A stretch of DNA of 64,000 nucleotides from Lingula anatina (lineage: Eukaryota; Animalia; Brachiopoda): NCBI GenBank assembly GCA_051362555.1, contig CM120644.1:20792534-20856533 (forward strand), given 5' to 3'. Shown piece by piece: positions 1 to 14,000 of the stretch. Each line of letters opens with the position of its first letter. The first letter of the stretch is position 1. The notes under the pieces were generated by a model. It did no database searches, was not told the DNA's origin, and worked only from the letters and a program-made list of their open reading frames with translations. The position numbers and the translations under genes are program-made.

Positions 1-529
1 AAACGTCTAAATTAATTGACAAATGAAAGAAAAATCGATAAAAACATAAATAAAAAAAAGCTAAAAAAGGATACTTTAAGCCTAGCCTTTAATTTTTGCG
101 ATATATATCGTCGAGCGTATCTGCGACACGTTACGAAACCGGAAATGATTGTTGGTCGCCGTTTGCAAAAGGTAAATCTAATGTTGACAAAATAAAATTT
201 TATTCTCCAAGATATGATATCATGGAGCTTGAGAGACACGCGAAAAATTGTGATTTGAATGGCCAAACAAGAGAAATGCAAGCAAAGGTTGACAGCATGA
301 TTAAAACAATAAAAATAAAAATGCATGTTAGCGGCTTTGCATTTTGCGTTATTTGGAGAAAAACAATTTCAAAATCACTGATCAAGCGGGAAGAAAGAGT
401 TCAAGTGTCCAAAAATGAAAATCACAAAAAGTCCCCGAGAATAGTCAAGGCTAGCAGGTAAAAAGCAAATATGGTCTAAGTGTCATGTGTGTAAAAATAA
501 AATATTTATTCAAAAGCCTTCTCTCAGCC

Positions 530-1080
530 ACTTTTACCGCTGAATCTTGTGCAGCTGAGCGTCTCCCCTTTATCTTAGCTGGCATTTTGAGCGAGACCGC
601 TCTGAAGTAATCACTGGATTTTTCCGTTGATCTGACGACTACCAAGTGCCGTGCAAAATAATCCTGCAGCGTTACCCGTCAAAAAACTCGTATCAACACA
701 AGTGACGGACACTTGCTCTCGACACAGTTTTATCTGATCACTTTGCCGATAACAAAGAAGGAATCTCTCAGGTAAAATTACTTGATTGCCGAGGAAGAGC
801 CATTGAAACGTTCAAATGCAACTTCACACCTCTTAATTGCAGTTAAACGTAATCGCCTTTGTTAGCGCTTCCTTCTACATATCCTTGACACCCTACTGGG
901 CATCACAAGGCTAGGGCCCTCTCCAGAGCTGTCAATCAAAATGGCGGCACGCTTACATGCCTAACGAGTGGTCGGAAAATGTAACAAAAGCACGATTTTC
1001 TGCCCCTTCAAAGCACCCAAACAAAATATTTTTAGATGATAATAAGCAATGGTTCCAGCTGATCGTATAACCGATAACAG
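530..1080. promoter_or_regulatory. CpG-rich putative promoter / first-exon region
   Basis: CpG-enriched relative to the flanks, with YY1 consensus AAAATGGCGGC at 938-948 and donor-like CAG|GTAAA at 772 and 1081. Probably drives the TMEM272-like gene. Confidence 0.4.
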
Positions 1081-2045
1081 GTAAATTTGCCAGCTAAGCA
1101 TTTGACTAATAAGCCCTGTTAACCAACCTGTGAAGGTTTTTGGCTGTTTTAACAGCTTTCTATATTGACGAGATAAGTGAATCGCTGCCAAGTATATCTC
1201 ACTATCTGAGCAACCGATCGTTACAAAAGTTGCACCTATTGTTGTTAGGAATGTGGACTACAGCATGATATCAGGGGTTTAAGAGAAAATTGTTTGTTTG
1301 AAAGATATCGCCTTTTGAAGTGAATAAGCCATTGAAATATGGGGTAATTTAACGTAAAAGATGATAAAATCAAAAGTAAATAGTTTAAGACAATTCCCTG
1401 GTACCCTGCTGTAGTGCTTTCACCCAGCTTTATGAGGCCTTTTGAATCACTTGAATAGCTGTCTTGGTTATAGAGAAATTCCCAATACCGAAAACGGCAT
1501 TTTCCCCTCAAATTGGCGCCAGAGCGTCATCCGTTGGACACTGTACTTAATCCCCGTCTTTAATTGGCCTTTTGGGAAGTTTGTTTTAATTTTTTATAAA
1601 AACTTATAAGCCCAGGGCTTTGTTTCTATGACTTTGGTCCTTTTACTATCACCGGCCTTAATCAGTTAAACTGTCCATCACATAACTTAAAAACTGATTG
1701 GTTACTTCATACACAAGGCCACCTTCTTCCAGGTGGGCACTCCTAATAACACCCTGTAATCTAGTTCTAACAGATTACTGGCTTCGGAACAAAGGACATT
1801 AAAATTTGAACTGCAAGGTGTGAAGCATTATCTGAACAACTTGTACAACTTGGCTTCCCATGTCTGAATTTTATCAAACAATGGCTTCCTCTGATTGAGT
1901 TAATACAACATCATGTATGAAAGTTTTAAAAGTACTAATTACACTTTTTTCTATTCTGTGGTTCCTTACATGCTGTTTACAAATTCTTCATGTCAGAGGG
2001 AGTCAAGTTTTCAGTGTTGGTCATACTGCCCTGTCTGGATTTCAG

Positions 2046-5000
2046 TTCCCCCAGCTCCAGCTCCTGCTACTAGCACACCTGCTACTAGCACACCCAGTGC
2101 CAGGACACCTGCTGCCAGAACACCCCCTGCAGCAACCCGAGAGCGCCCACCACGCCCACCAGACTCGGATTCTTTATGTGGTAAAATAAAAATTGCACAG
2201 TGGGAATCTACCAGCTGCCTGGACTTTTACAAGAGAGTTGTTATGATCTTTCTTCAGAAGTGTAAGTTTGGGGTGAAATGACCACACTGGTTCTCTATGT
2301 CTGTTGTAGTAGTAGTAGTAGTAATAGTAGTAGCAGCAGTGACAGTTGTAGAGGCACTAGCAGTTGAAGTAGCAGTAGCAGTTGTAGCAGAAGCAGTACT
2401 TAAGGGTTCTTACATGGTGAATAATTTGAGCATGTGCAAAAACAGTTCTAGGACAACCAATCATAAAACTGAAATCATAAAACAGAAACAATTCATTTTT
2501 TATGTACAGACACAGATGTGTCTGTACATATAGCCATCACCTGCGTCTGTCGTCGCCGTCGTCCTCGCCGTGCACTTTTACCGATAACACGATAAGTGGA
2601 AAACCATTTTTATGTACAGACACAGATGTGTCTGTACATATTGCCATCACCTGCGTCTGTCGTCGCCGATGCCGTTGCCGATGGCGATGCCGATGCCGAT
2701 GCCGATGCCGTCGCCGTGCACTTTCCTTGTAAACATGATAAGTGGAAGGCAGTTTTACTTTTTGGCTTTATATTTACAGAGCTGATGAATATTCATAAAA
2801 CGCAGGTCAAGTTCGAAAATCAGCATGATCGGGCCATTATTGTAGAAGTTATGCTGTTTTTTCACTTTTCAGCATATATGCAACCTTGTAAACACATTTT
2901 AAGGAAAACCATTAGGCCTGTTGTCATGAAACTCACAGGAGTAATCAATCTTACTAAAACGCAGATCAAGTTCGAAAATCAGCATGATCTGGCCACTATT
3001 TTAGTAGTTATGCGGTTTTTTCATTGTTCAGCATATATGCAACACTGTAAACACAATATAAGAAAAACAGAAAGCCCAATTGTCATTAAACTCACAGGAA
3101 CGGTCAGTCTTACTAAAATGCAGGTTGAGTTCGAAAATCAGCATAATCGGGGCATTATTTTAGAAGTTATGCTGTTTTTTCACATTTCCTCAGATTTCCT
3201 CAGATTTAATTCTTAGGCATGTTAATAGCCTTATTATTTAAGTAATAAGATACGTAAAAGTGTTTGTTTGACATTTCCTGAATCTTTACAACATTGTTAG
3301 TTGATTATGTAAAAATGATGGTAAACTTATCGTGTATTGTGTAATAAAGTGTCAAAAATGGAAATAAACTCATATCATTGCAGTTTGTCAGATTCAATCA
3401 TTCACTATGTTCAGAATCTCAGAATGGAAGAAATTGGACATTTAACACTGTTCTATTGATATTTTTCCCATCTCATCAATTTTCTTAGTTGATCTTTTAA
3501 AAATGGCAGTAACCTATTAATTTTGTTTTATGTTAAAAAAGTGTTAAAAATGGAAATAAACCCATTTCAGAACAGTGCAGTCTTGTTTACATTTTGGCAT
3601 TTTTAAGGCGTGACTTTGAAGTTCCATCGGCCTAAAAACCTTTGTTAGTCACGTTTACTATTTGTCCATGATACTAATATTTTATTATTAAAAATTGATG
3701 ATTATTATGCTGTTAAACATTATGTAATATTGCATCAAAATTTGAAAAAAACCTATTTTGGGCACTGCTCCCATGATGACCATTTAAGAAAAACCATGTC
3801 ACTTACTGTTCTCAAACAGTACAGTTAATATGTACAGATGTGTCTGTACATATTGCCATCACCTGCGTCTGTCGTCGCCGTCGTTGCCGTCACTGTCGCT
3901 GTCGCTGGTGCCATGCACTTTCATTGTAAACATGATAAGTGGAAGGCAGTTTTACTTTTTGGCTGTATATTTACAGAGCTGATGAATATTCATAAAATGC
4001 AGGTCAAGTTCGAAAATCAGCATGATCGGGCAATTAATGTAGAAGTTATGCTGTTTTTTCACTTTTCAGCATATATGCAACACTGTAAACACATTTCAAG
4101 AAAAACCGATAACCTTTTTGTCATGAAACTCACAGGAGTAATCAATCTTACTATAACGCAGGTCAAGTTCGAAAACCGGCATGATCGGACCACTATTTTA
4201 GTAGTTATGCTTTTTGTTTTTTCACTTTTCAGCATATATGCAACACTGTAAACACAATATAAGAAAAACAGATAGGCCAATTGTCATTAAACTCACAGGA
4301 GTGGTCATTTCTGCTAAAACACAGGTTGAGTTCAAAAATCAGCATAATCGGGCCATTATTTTAAAGAAATGCAGTTTTTTTCACATTTTCTCAGATTTAA
4401 TTCTTAGGCATGTAAACAGTTTCATTATTGAACTAATAAGATACGTAAAAGTGTTTGTTTGGCATTTCCTGCAATTTTACAACATTATTAGTTGATTATG
4501 TAAAAATGATGGTAAACTTGTTATCGTGTATTGTGTAATAAAGTTTCAAAAATGGAAATATCATTGCAGTTTGTCAGATTCAATCATTCACTATGTTCAG
4601 AATCTCAGAATGGAAGAGATTGGACATTTAACACTGCTCTGTTGATATTTTTCCCATCTCATCAATTTTCTTAGTTGATAATATAAAAACGGCAGAAAAC
4701 TGTTAATTTTGTTTTATGTTAAAAATTGTTAAAAATGGAAAAAAAACATTTCAGATCAGTGCTGTCTCGTTTACATTTTGGCATTTTCAAGTTGTGACTG
4801 AAGTTCCATGAGCCTGAAGACCTTTGCTAGTCACATTTTCTGAATATCCATAATACTAATATTTTATTATTAAAGTTGATGGTCATTATGCTGTTAAACA
4901 TTATGTAATATTGCATCAAAATTTGAAAAAAAAAAAAACTATTTTGGGCACTGCTCCCATGATGACCATTTAAGAAAAACCATGTCATTTACTGTTCTCA

Positions 5001-8000
5001 AACTTACAGGAAAGAAACATGGGACTAAAATACAGCTTCAGTAGGAAATACAGTCTGTTTGGTAATTCTTACTGCCAGTTAAACAGTTATTTTGTGAAAA
5101 TTTAATTTTTCACATATTGGCATTTTCAAGGTGTGACTTTGAAGTTCCACGGGCTTGAAGACCCATGCTAGTCACATTTTCTGAAAATCCATGATACGTA
5201 TATTTTATTATTAAAAATTGACGGTCATTATGCTGTTAACCATTATGTAATATTGCATCAGAATAGAAGAAAACACAATTTTGGGTGCTGCTGCCATGAT
5301 GACCATTATGATTGCCGAACTTTCAAAAAAGAAATACAGGACTAAAATGCAGTCTGAGTTGGAAAAGCAGTCTAAGTGACTTCTTTTTCTGGAAGTTATA
5401 CATTTTCAAAGTGTAAACTTGTCACATATTTTAATTACATTGGTATTACCTGTTGAGGATAATTAAAATTTGATGTTGAATTTGCAGTTTAACATAATGT
5501 GCTTTTGCATCAGAATTGACAGTAGCCTATTTTGTGCATAGTTATTTCCTGTTTTTTGTCTGTACATTTGACAGCTTTGCTGCCTTGTTTCTTTTGGCTT
5601 GAAATTTACAGAACTGATGAATATTCATAATATGCAGGTCAAGTTCGAAAATCAGCATGATCGGGCCATTTTTGGGGAAGTTATGCTGTTTTTTCACTTT
5701 TTCCAGCATTTATGTAGCACCGATAACACGATAAGTGGAAAACTGTTTTACCTTTTGGTTTGAAACTTACAGAACTGATGAATATTCATAATACGCAGGT
5801 CAAGTTCGAAAATCAGCATGATCTGGCCATTAATATGGAAGTAATGCAGTTTTTTCACTTTTTTCAACATTTATGCAACACCGATAACACAATATTTGAA
5901 AAAACTGTTTACCCTGTTGGCTTGAAACTTACAGAACTGATAAATATTCTTAATACGCAGGTCAAATTCGAAAATCAGCATAATCAGGCCATTTATATTG
6001 AAGTTATGCAGTTTTTTCACTTTTTTCAGCATTTATGCAACACCGATAACACAATATTTGAAAAACCGTTTTACCTTTTGGCTTGAAACTTACAGAACTG
6101 ATAAATATTCATAATATGCAGGTCAGGTTCGAAAATCAGCATGATAGGAACATTTTCATGGAAGTCAGCTGTTTTTTCACTTTTTTCAGCATATATGCAA
6201 CCCTGATAGCACAATAAGTGAAAAACCGCTTTACTTTTTGGCTTGAAACTTACAGAACTGATGAATATCTATAATACGCAAGTCAAGTTCAGAAATTGGC
6301 ATGATCAGGGCATTTTTATAAAAGTTTTGCTATTTTTTCACTTTTTTCAGCATATATGCAACACCTATAACACTTTTTAAGGAAAATTGATTGGCCAATT
6401 GTCTTGAATATCACAGTAGTGATCAGTGTTACTGAAATACAGATTAAGTTTTGAGAATAAGCTTGATCAGTAAAGGTTTGGTGAAGTTATGCCTTTATTT
6501 GTATATAAGTGTTTTTTTCCTCAAATTTAATTCTCAGGCATGTTAACGGTCTCATTTTTGAACTAATTAGATATGTTAAGTTGTTCTTTTGACATTTTCT
6601 GCATCTTAACAACATTGTTAGTTGATTATATAAAAATTATGGTAAACCTGATATTGTGTATTGTGTAATAAGTGTCAAAAATGGAAAAAAACGTATCTTC
6701 ACAGTTTGTCAGATTCAACCATTCACTATGTTCAGAATCTCAGAATGGAGCATGTTGGACATTTATAATTGTTCTATTGATATTTTTGCTTTGACAACAT
6801 ATTTTTTAATTGATCATATAAAAATGACAGTTAATTGATTATTTTGCTTTATGTAAAAAAAAGGTGTTGAAATTGGAAATAAACTCTTTCAATACAGTTT
6901 TCTCTTGTTTACATTTTGGGATTTTCAAAGTATGACTCTGAACTCTATGGGCTAGTCACATTTTCTGAATATCCATGATACTTTTATTTTATTTTATTAT
7001 TAAAAAATTTATGGTTGTTATGCTGTTAAGCATTGTGTAATATTGCATCAAAATTGAACAAAACCCTATTCTGGGCCCTGCCTCCGTAGTGGCGGCGAAA
7101 GGAAAACCATGTCACTTGCTCTTCTCACACTTACAGGAAAGAACCATAGGACTGAAATACAGCTTCAGTTGAAAATTGTCTCATTAGTTAATTGTTTGGA
7201 AGTAATACAGGTTTTTTTGTGAAAATTTTTATCTTTCACATGTTGCAATTTTCAATGTGGGACTTAGAGCTCCCTTGGGCATGAAGCCCAGTGGTAATCA
7301 AATTTTCTTAATGTCATAGTTTTTAATAGTAGATATTTTAAAATTGGTGGTATTTAATTAGTTAATCATTATGTAATGTTGCATCAAAATTGACAAAAAA
7401 CCTACTTTCTGCTCTGCCACCATTAATATTATGTAAAGTAAAGTGTTACTTTCTATTTTTTAACTATTCTTACAAGAATGATTCTTAGGATTGACATACA
7501 GCTCATATTAGAGAACCAGCTCTATTGGATTATCATTTTTATTAAATTTATGAATTTTTTGTGAAATTTTCATTTTTCTCATTCTGGCACTTTCTAATTG
7601 TAAACTTGAACTCTGATGGGCCTGGAGCCCTATGCTTTTACTTTCATCTGTTGTTACCTGTTGTGCATAATTAAAATTTGATGTTGACTGTGCAGTTAAA
7701 CATAATGTATTATTGCATCAGAATTGGCAGTCTCCTGTTTTATTTTGTGCATTATTGTTTTCTGCTTTTCTTAAGGTGTGACTTATGGGCCTGAAGACCT
7801 TTGATAGACAAATTTGTGTGGTCAGTCTGTAAATTCCCCTTGGGTATTCATTGGGCTAATTTCAGTGCTATAAACTCATTTGCCTAATTAAGGGGCCATT
7901 AAATGAAATTTCATAAAGCACACTTGTTGATATTTCCCTGTAAACTCCCAAAGGTTAAGCTCTCTGCTAGATAACATAGTGTCCATAATAAGGAAGCAGT

Positions 8001-11000
8001 GAATAGCAGCTTCATTGGAATTATATTTTTGTTGTTTTCTTTTCAATTTTTTCTCCAACACTGGCATTTTTATGTACAGACACAGATGTGTCTGTACATA
8101 TTGCCATCACCTGCGTCTGTCGTCGCCGTCCCTGTCGCCGTCGATGTCGCCGTCGCCGTCGCCGTCGCCGTGCACTTTCATCGTTAACACGATAAGTGGA
8201 AGACAGTTTTACTTTTTGGCTTTATATTTACAGAGCTGATGAATATTCATAAAACGCAGGTCAAGTTCGAAAATCAGCATGTTTGGGCAATTATTGTAGT
8301 ATTTATGCTGTGTTTTCACTTTTTAGCATATATGCAACACTGTTAACACATTTCAAGGAAAACCGATAGGCCTGTTGTCATGAAACTCACAGGAGTAATT
8401 AATCTTACTAAAACGCAGATCAAGTTCGAAAATCGGCATGATCGGGCCATTATTTTAGTAGTTATGCTGTTTTTTTCACTTTTCAGCATATGTGCAACAC
8501 TGTTAACACATTTCAAGGAAAACCGATAGACCTGTTGTCATGAAACTCACAGGAGTAATTAATCTTACTAAAATGCAGGTCAAGTTCGAAAATCAGCATA
8601 ATCGGGCCATTATTTTATAAGTTATGCTGTTTTTAAACATTTCCTCAGATTCAATTCTTAGGCATGTTAACAGTCTCATTATTTAACTAATAAGATTCGT
8701 AAAAGTGTTTGTTTGACATTTCCTGCATCTTTACAACATTGTTAGTTGATTATGTAAAAATGATGGTAAACTTGTTATCATGTATTGTATAATAGAGTTT
8801 CAAAAATGGAAATAAACTCATATCATTGCAGTTTGTCAGATTCATTCATTCACTATGTTCAGAAACTCAGAATGGAGGAAATTGGACATTAAACACTGTT
8901 CTATTGATATTTTTCCCATCTCATCAATTTTCTTAGTTGATCATATATAAATGGCAGTAAATTGTTAATTTTGTTATATGTTAAAAAATTGTTAAAAATG
9001 GAAAAAAAAAACATTTCAAGACAGTGCTGTCTTGTCTACATTTTGGCATTTTCAAGGTGTGACTTTGAAGTTCCTTTGGCCTGAAGACCTTTGCTAGGAA
9101 CATTTTCTGAATATCCATTATACTAATATTTTATTATTAAAAATTGATGGTAATTATCCTGTTAAACATTATGTAATAGTGCATCAAAATTTGAAGACAC
9201 CCCTATTTTGGACACTGCTCCCATGATGACCATTTAAGGAAAACCATGTCACTTACTGTTCTCAAACTTACAGGAAGAAACATGGGACTTAAATAAAGCT
9301 TCAGTGGGCAATGCAGACTATTTGGTAAATTTTTTTGGCAGTTAATCAGTTTTTTGTGAAAATTTAATTTTTATGTACAGACACAGATGTGTCTGTTCAT
9401 ATTGCCATCACCTGCGTCTGTCGTCGCCGATGCCGATGCCGATGCCGGCGCCGTGCACTTTCCTTGTTAACACAACAAGTGGACGGCAGTTTTACTTTTT
9501 GGTTTTATATTTACAGAGCTGATGAATATTCATAAAATGCAGGTCAAGTTCGAAAATCAGCATGATCGGGCCATTATGGTAGAAGTTATGCTGTTTTTTC
9601 ACTTTTCAGCATATATGCAACACTGTTAACACATTTTAAGGAAAACCGTTAGGCCTGTTGTCATGAAACTAACAGGAGTAATCAATCTTACAAAAATGTC
9701 GGTCAAGTTCGAAAATCAGCATAATCGGGCCATTATTTTAGTAGTTATGCTGTTTTTTCACATTTCCTCAGATTTAATTCTTAGGCATGTTAATAGCCTT
9801 ATTATTTAAGAAATAAGATACGTAAAAGTGTTTGTTTGACATTCCCTGCGTCTTTACAACATTGTTAGTTGATTATGTAAAAATTAGGGTAAACTTGTTA
9901 TCATGTATTGTGTAATAAAGTGTCAAAAATGGAAATAAACCCATATCATTGCAGTTTGTCAGATTCAATCATTCACTATGTTCAGAATCTCAGAATGAAG
10001 GAAATTGAACATTTAACACTATTCTATTGAAATTTTTCCAATCTCATCAATTTTCTTAGATGATCATATAAAAATTGCAGTAAACTGCTTATTGTGTTTC
10101 ATGTTAAAAAAAGTGTTAAAAATGGAAATAAACCCATGTCAGAACAGTGCCTTCTTGTTTCACATTTCCTCAGATTCAATTCTTAGGCATGTTAACAGTC
10201 TCATTATTTAACTAATAAGACATGTAAAAGTGTTTGGTTGACATTTCCTGCATCTTTTCAACATTATTAGTTGATTATGTAAAAATGATGGTAAGCTTGT
10301 TATCGTGTATTGTGTAATAAAGTTTCAAAAATGGAAATAAACTCGTATCATTGCAGTTTGTCAGATTCAATCATTCACCATGTTCAGAATGTCAGAATGG
10401 AGGAAATTGGACATTTAACACTGTTGTATTGATATTTTTCCCATGTCATCAATTTTCTTAGTTGATTGTATAAAAATGGCAGTAACCTGGCAATATTATG
10501 TTTAAAAAATTGTTAAAATGGTGAAAAAATAACATTTCAGGACAGTGCTGTCTTGTTTACATTTTGGCATTTTCAAGTTGTGACTTTGAAGTTCCATGGG
10601 CCTGAAGACCTTTGCTAGTCACATTTTCTGAATATCCATGATACTAATATTTTATTATTAAAAATTGATGGTCATTATACTGTTGAACATTATGTAATAT
10701 TGCATCAAAATTTGAAAAAAACCTATTTTGGGCACTGCTCCCATAATGACCATTTAAGATAAAAAACCATGTCACTTACTGTTCTCAAACAATACAGTAA
10801 ATATGTACAGATGTGTCTGTACATATTGCCATCACCTGCGTCTGTCGTCGCCGTCACTGTCCCTGTCGCCGGTGCCGTGCACTTTCATTGTAAACACGAT
10901 AAGTGGAAGGCAGTTTTACTTTTTGGCTATATATTTACAGAGCTGATGAATATTCATAAAACGCAGGTCAAGTTCGAAAATCAGCATGATCGGGCCATTT

Positions 11001-14000
11001 TTCTAGAAGTTATGCTGTTTTTTCACTTTTCAGCATATATGCAACACTGTTAACACATTTCAAGGAAAACTGATAGGCCTGTTGTCATGAAACTCACAGT
11101 AGTAATCAATCTTACTATAACGCAGTTCAAGTTTGAAAATCGGCATGATCGGGCCACTATTTTAGTAGTTATGCCTTTTTTTCACTTTTCAGCATATATG
11201 CAACATTGATAACACAATATAAGAAAAACAGATAGGCCAATTGTCATTAAACTCACAGGAGTGGTCATTCCTGCTAAAACGCAGGTTGAGTTAAAAAAAA
11301 AACAGCATAATCAGGCCATTATTTTAAAGAAATGCCGTTTTTTCACATTTCCTCAGATTCAATTCTTAGGCATGTTAACAGTTTCATTATTTAATAAATA
11401 AGTTATGTTAAAGTGTTTGTTAGGCATTTCCTGCATCTTTACAACATTATTAGTTGATTATGTAAAAATGATGGTATACTTGTTATCGTGTATTGTGTAA
11501 TAAAGTTTCAAAAATGGAAATAAACTCATATCATTGCAGTTTGTCAGATTCTATCATTCACTATGTTCAGAATCTCAGAATGGAAGAAATTGGACATTTA
11601 ACACTGCTCTATTGATATTTTTCCCATCTCATCATTTTTTTTTTTAGTTGATCATATAAAAACGGCAGTAAACTGTTAATTTTGTGTTATGTTAAAAATT
11701 GTTAAAAATGAAAAAAAAAAAACATTTCAGAACGGTGCTGTCTTGTTACATTTTGGCATTTTCAAGTTGTGACTTTGAAGTGCCATGGGCCTGAAGACCT
11801 TTGCTAGTCACATTTTCTGAATATCCATAATACTAATATTTTATTATTAAAATTGATGGTCATTATGCTGTTAAACATTATGTAATATTGCATCAAAATT
11901 TGAAAAAAACATATTTTGGGCACTGCTGCCATGAGGACCATTATGGGAAAAAAGAAATACAGGACTAAAATGCAGCCTGAGTTGGAAAAGCAGTCTATTG
12001 GCTTCTTTTTCTGGAAGATATACATTTTCAAAGTGTGAACTTGTTACACATTTTACTTACATTGGTATTACCTGTTGAGCATAATTAAAATTTGATGTTG
12101 AATTTGCAGTTTAACATAATGTGCTTTTGCATCAGAATTGACAGTAGCCTATTTTTAGTTATTTCCTGTTTTTTGTCTGTACATTTGACAGCTTTGCTGC
12201 CTTGTTAAGATGTGATTTTTAACTCCCATTCACCTGAGGTTCTGCACATTTTCAGTATTTCCACATAGGCAGTTGTATTGGTATTTATGTCTTTAAACAC
12301 GCTGTAATAATATTTTATGCACTGTCATCATTTTCCATATATTGGGACTTTCATTGTGTGAATTTTAACTCTCATGGTCCTGAAACTGTAATCTTATTGA
12401 AGGGGTGGATTGAGACCATCTTCTGGGTCTCCTGGAAGACAGTCAGATTTTAAAGTTTATATTAACGGGTTTCTGTTGGAAGACCATCAAAATGGAGGAT
12501 GGATCAACAAAGATACTTTGGAATACTGTCAGAAAATATCTCTGGATCTGCTCCTGTTATTGACCATGTTACCTGTTGTGCATGATTAAAAATCAGAGTT
12601 GACTGACTGTGCTATTATAAGCATTTATTATTGCATCAAAATTGACAAAATGACCTATTTTGCATCTTTTTTTTTCTGTTTTTTTGTCTGTACATTTGAC
12701 AGCTTTGCTGCCTTGTCATGATGTTGTATACAACTTATAATGATATAAATATGAAAGTTTTTAAAAATTCTTTTTTATGTACAGACACAGATGTGTCTGT
12801 ACATATTGCCATCACCTGCGTCTGTCGTCGCCGTCGCCGTCGCCGATCATGTCGCCGTCGCCGTCGCCGTGCACTTTCAGCGTTAACACCATAAGTGGAA
12901 GACAGTTTTACTTTTTGGCTTTATATTTACAGAGCTGATGAATATTCATAAAACACAGGTCAAGTTCGAAAATCAGCATGATCGGGCCATTATTGTAGAA
13001 TTTATGTTGTTTTTTCACTTTTCAGCATATATGCAACACTGTTAACACATTTCAAGGAAAACTGATAGGCCTGTTGTCATGAAACTCACAGGAGTAATCA
13101 ATCTTACTAAAAAGCAGATCAAGTTCGAAAATCGGCATGATCGGGCCACTATTTTAGTAGTTATGCTGTTTTTTCACTTTTCAGCATATATGCAACACTG
13201 TTAACACATTTCAAGGAAAACCCATAGGCCTGTTGTAATGAAACTCACAGGAGTAATCAATCTTACTAAAACGCAGGTCAAGTTCGAAAATCAGCATAAT
13301 CGGACCATCATTTTATAAGTTATGCTGTTTTTTCACATTTCCTCAGATTCAATTCTTAGGCATGTTAACAGTCTCATTATTCAATTAATAAGATATGTAA
13401 AAGTGTTTGTTTGACATTTCCTGCATCTTTACAACATTGTTAGTTGATTATGTAAAAATGATGGTAAACTTGTAATCGTGTATTGTGTAATACGGTGTCA
13501 AAAATGGAAATAAACTCATATCATTGCAGTTTGTAAGATTCAATCATTCACTATGTTCAGAAACTCAGAATGGAGGAAATTGGACATTTGACACTGTTCT
13601 ATTGATATTTTTCACATCTCATCAATTTTCTTAGTTGATCATACAAAAATGGCAGTAAACTGTTAATTTTGTTTTATGTTAAAAAAGTGTTAAAAATGGA
13701 AATAAACCCATTTCAGAATAGTGCTGTCTTGTTTCACATTTCCTCAGATTCAATTCTTAGGCATGTTAACAGTCTCATTATTCAATTAATAAGATATGTA
13801 AAAGTGTTTGTTTGATATTTCCTGCATCTTTACAACATTGTTAGTTGATTACGTAAAAATGATGGTAAACTTGTAATTGTGTATTGTGTTATAAGGTGTC
13901 AAAAATGGAAATAAACTCATATCATTGCAGTTTGTAAGATTCAATCATTCACTATGTTCAGAAACTCAGAATGGAGGAAATTGGACATTTGACACTGTTC

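Larger units (their letters stand above)
2501..12716 (+). mobile_element. HINE-like non-autonomous Helentron, family A, host copy with nested insertions
   Basis: Head is the hairpin TATGTACAGACACA-GA-TGTGTCTGTACATA followed by a (GTCGCC)n microsatellite. Central repeats are ~160 bp. Tail is the subTIR TGTCTGTACAT, the small hairpin CAGCTTTGCTG and CCTTGT. Interrupted at 2611 and 8071 by further copies. Confidence 0.75.

Noticed and set aside
96-461. 121-aa ORF at the window start
   Set aside because: No ATG at the annotated start, no recognisable domain and no supporting splice structure.
1917-2189. 90-aa ORF with a signal-peptide-like N-terminus (MKVLKVLITLFSILWFL...)
   Set aside because: It overlaps the TMEM272-like exon in a different frame, and its hydrophobic start comes from T-rich intron-like sequence. 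No independent support.
2596-3216. Recurring ORFs 'MCLYILPSPASVV...KFENQHDRA' (also 3838, 7999, 10769, 35256)
   Set aside because: These are chance frames through the family A head and central repeats. Stops and frameshifts differ between copies, and there are no Rep, helicase or transposase motifs.
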